From positions 480,001 to 544,000 of the forward strand of contig OY759316.1 in assembly GCA_963662275.1 (NCBI GenBank): DNA of 64,000 bases, read 5' to 3'. Position 1 is the first letter of the stretch, and the number at the start of each line of letters is the position of its first letter. This DNA comes from Candidatus Cloacimonadales bacterium (GTDB lineage: Bacteria > Cloacimonadota > Cloacimonadia > Cloacimonadales > DAONDQ01). The notes below the pieces were generated by a model that ran no database searches, was not told where the DNA came from, and saw only the letters and a program-made list of their open reading frames with translations. Shown one piece after another: positions 61,776 to 64,000 of this stretch. The translations under genes were made by a program, and so were the position numbers.

Positions 61776-62792
61776 ATGAATAAGATTATTCTTGTCACAG
61801 GTGGAGCAGGATTTATTGGCTCCAATTTTATCCGTTATATATTAGCGAAATATCCGGATTATAAGATTATTAATTTTGATAATCTTACGGTTTCCAGTAA
61901 CTTGAATAATTTGATAGATGTCAGCCGTAATCCTCATTATTTCTTTTATCATGGGGATATTACCAATCATAGGGATGTGCATGATGTCTTTGAGCAGTTC
62001 ACACCTCACATCCTGATTAATTTTGCTGCCGAGACACAGATTTTTACTAATAATATTGAACCTGACATCTTTGCAAAAACCAATATCATGGGAACTCAGT
62101 TATTATTATTTGAAGCCCAGAAAATGAAGCTTGAGAAGTTCATCCATATTTCGTCTGGTGAAGTATATGGATCAGGAAAAGAGACATCTCTTACAGAAGA
62201 TCTTCCCTTGCTTCCTGAAAATCCTTTTTCTGCGACAAAAGCAGCAGCCGATTTACTGGTTATGTCATTTAATAAATCATTCAATTTGGATTTGAATATT
62301 ATCAGGAGTTCAAATCTATATGGACCTTATCAATTTCCTCATAAATTGATTCCTATGACCATTCTTCAAGCAAAGCAAGACAAATCTGTACCTCTAACAG
62401 GTGATGGTTCTGATATTCGCAATTGGCTGCATGTGGATGATTATTCATCAGCAATTGATCTTGTTATTCACAAGGGTAAATCAGGTGATATTTATCATGT
62501 ATCATCTGATGAAATATGGTACAATATAGATCTGGTTAAATTGATCCTTTCTAAAATGAACAAACCGACGGATATGTATCATTTCTTAAATAATAAGAAC
62601 AAACATAAAGATACTTATTTATTGAATTCTGCAAAAATTAAAAATACTTTAGGCTGGAAGCCGGAGATCAATATTCAGCAAGGGTTGGATTTAACGATAC
62701 AATGGTATTTAACCCAGGAACAGTGGTTGGAAGAAATCATATCCGGAGAATATACAAATTATTACCGAAAAATCTATTATGAAGAAACTTGA
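61776..62792 (+). CDS. dTDP-glucose 4,6-dehydratase (RfbB/RmlB)-like SDR with altered catalytic residues
   Basis: TGGAGFIGSNF and YGPYQFP present, but SSGEVYG and PFSATK replace STDEVYG and PYSASK. Confidence 0.85.
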   Translation: MNKIILVTGGAGFIGSNFIRYILAKYPDYKIINFDNLTVSSNLNNLIDVSRNPHYFFYHGDITNHRDVHDVFEQFTPHILINFAAETQIFTNNIEPDIFAKTNIMGTQLLLFEAQKMKLEKFIHISSGEVYGSGKETSLTEDLPLLPENPFSATKAAADLLVMSFNKSFNLDLNIIRSSNLYGPYQFPHKLIPMTILQAKQDKSVPLTGDGSDIRNWLHVDDYSSAIDLVIHKGKSGDIYHVSSDEIWYNIDLVKLILSKMNKPTDMYHFLNNKNKHKDTYLLNSAKIKNTLGWKPEINIQQGLDLTIQWYLTQEQWLEEIISGEYTNYYRKIYYEET

Positions 62793-63267
62793 TCCGGTAA
62801 CGAGAGAAACCATTTTAAATAAATATGTAATAAGAAAGATGACTGCTAAAGATTTAGCTGAAGTCATGGAAATTGAAAGCAGTCTTTTCACTGATCCATG
62901 GACGGAAGAGTTTTTTTTTGAAGAATTTGAACGTCATGATGCATTTGTACTAGAGAATCAGCAAACGCCAATAATTGCTGGTTATTTATGTGGGTGGCAT
63001 GTCCTTGATGAATTTATGATTACTAATTTTGGTATCAGAACAGATGAGCAAGGAAAAGGCTTAGGAGAATATCTGATTAGAGAAACTTTATCTGAAAAAG
63101 CAAAAAGCGGTGTTATCTATTGTTATCTGGAAGTAAGGGAAACGAATCTACCAGCAATCAATCTTTATAAAAAACTAGGTTTTAACATGATCGGGAAAAG
63201 AATGAATTATTATCAGCATCCAGAGGAAAATGCATTGGTTATGAGTTTCATGCTGGACTCCCAATAA
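62779..63267 (+). CDS. rimI: Ribosomal protein alanine N-acetyltransferase RimI-like GNAT
   Basis: QGKGLG, LEVRETNLPAINLYKKLGF and R.NYY...ENA motifs. Confidence 0.88.
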   Translation: MKKLDPVTRETILNKYVIRKMTAKDLAEVMEIESSLFTDPWTEEFFFEEFERHDAFVLENQQTPIIAGYLCGWHVLDEFMITNFGIRTDEQGKGLGEYLIRETLSEKAKSGVIYCYLEVRETNLPAINLYKKLGFNMIGKRMNYYQHPEENALVMSFMLDSQ

Positions 63268-63274
63268 GGATATT

Positions 63275-64000
63275 ATGAAGAAATTCGATTATATAGTCAT
63301 AGGAAGTGGTATTGCGGGTCTCGTGTATGCATTGGAATCTGCAAAGAAAGGAACTGTTGCCATTATTACCAAGAAATCACTTCGCGACTGTAATACTGAT
63401 TATGCACAAGGTGGTATTGCTGCAGTACTAGATGAGCACGATTCCTACGAAGAACATATCCATGATACATTTATTGCCGGTGGAGAATTAGGAAAAAAAG
63501 AAGTCATAGAAACCATTGTGAAACTAGGTCCACAATTAATTCAATACTTGATTGACCTGGGGACAAAGTTCACAACAGAAGATCCAAAGCAGGATAAAAG
63601 CCTGGAAAACTTATCTCTCGCTCGAGAAGGCGGTCATTCACACAGCAGGATTGCTTTTGGTGCAGATTCGACCGGACATCACATTATGGATGCCTTAATT
63701 GCCAATTGTCAGGCACATTCTAATATCAGTATCTTTGAAAACCATATGGCTGTAGATTTGATTACACAGCATCATATCCTTCAAACAAAAGGATTTGTAC
63801 CTGGAATTGCCTGTTGGGGTGCTTATATATTAAATATTGTAACGAATGAGATCGAAATATTTCGTTCCCATAAAACCATGCTGGCAACAGGTGGTGCATC
63901 ACAAGTATATGCCTTGAATACAAATCCGGATATAGCAACCGGTGATGGAATGGCAATGGCTCGCCTTGCAGGAGCCAGGTTGGTGAACATGGAATTTGTA
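63275..64000 (+). CDS. nadB: L-aspartate oxidase (partial, runs off the window)
   Basis: Manual translation gives IGSGIAGL, NTDYAQGGIA, REGGHSHSRI, LATGG, TNP..ATGDG and NMEFV. Confidence 0.92.
   Translation, partial: MKKFDYIVIGSGIAGLVYALESAKKGTVAIITKKSLRDCNTDYAQGGIAAVLDEHDSYEEHIHDTFIAGGELGKKEVIETIVKLGPQLIQYLIDLGTKFTTEDPKQDKSLENLSLAREGGHSHSRIAFGADSTGHHIMDALIANCQAHSNISIFENHMAVDLITQHHILQTKGFVPGIACWGAYILNIVTNEIEIFRSHKTMLATGGASQVYALNTNPDIATGDGMAMARLAGARLVNMEFV

Overview
AT-rich chromosomal segment of an anaerobic, diderm bacterium. By inference it most resembles Candidatus Cloacimonadota or a related FCB-group lineage, based on BamA, several secreted proteins with a 'YPNP...IYNxRGQxV' C-terminal Ig/T9SS-like domain, NrdDG, a superoxide reductase/rubrerythrin/rubredoxin operon and a GlmL-like ATPase. 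Housekeeping genes include purL, asnS, queH, nrdD/nrdG, ispD/ispF, an unusual glmS, bamA, rimI, nadB and tRNA-Arg(CCG). Accessory content includes a single-chain RM enzyme, a HIRAN protein, a membrane-anchored trypsin-like protease plus secreted partner, CsgG/FlgT/LPP20 envelope proteins and an alpha-2-macroglobulin. The most striking signal is non-coding. Several families of GTAG/GTGG-hairpin (REP-like) elements with covarying stems (i) build a modular spacer that delimits two paralogous FG-GAP beta-propeller genes and two orphan gene-tail remnants like cassettes, (ii) supply stop codons or C-termini of several genes, (iii) are inserted in-frame in coding sequences, and (iv) lie directly upstream of a truncated group II intron 5' end. 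Three palindromic arrays with an 11-bp period also occur. No CRISPR array, reverse transcriptase, integrase or transposase was seen.
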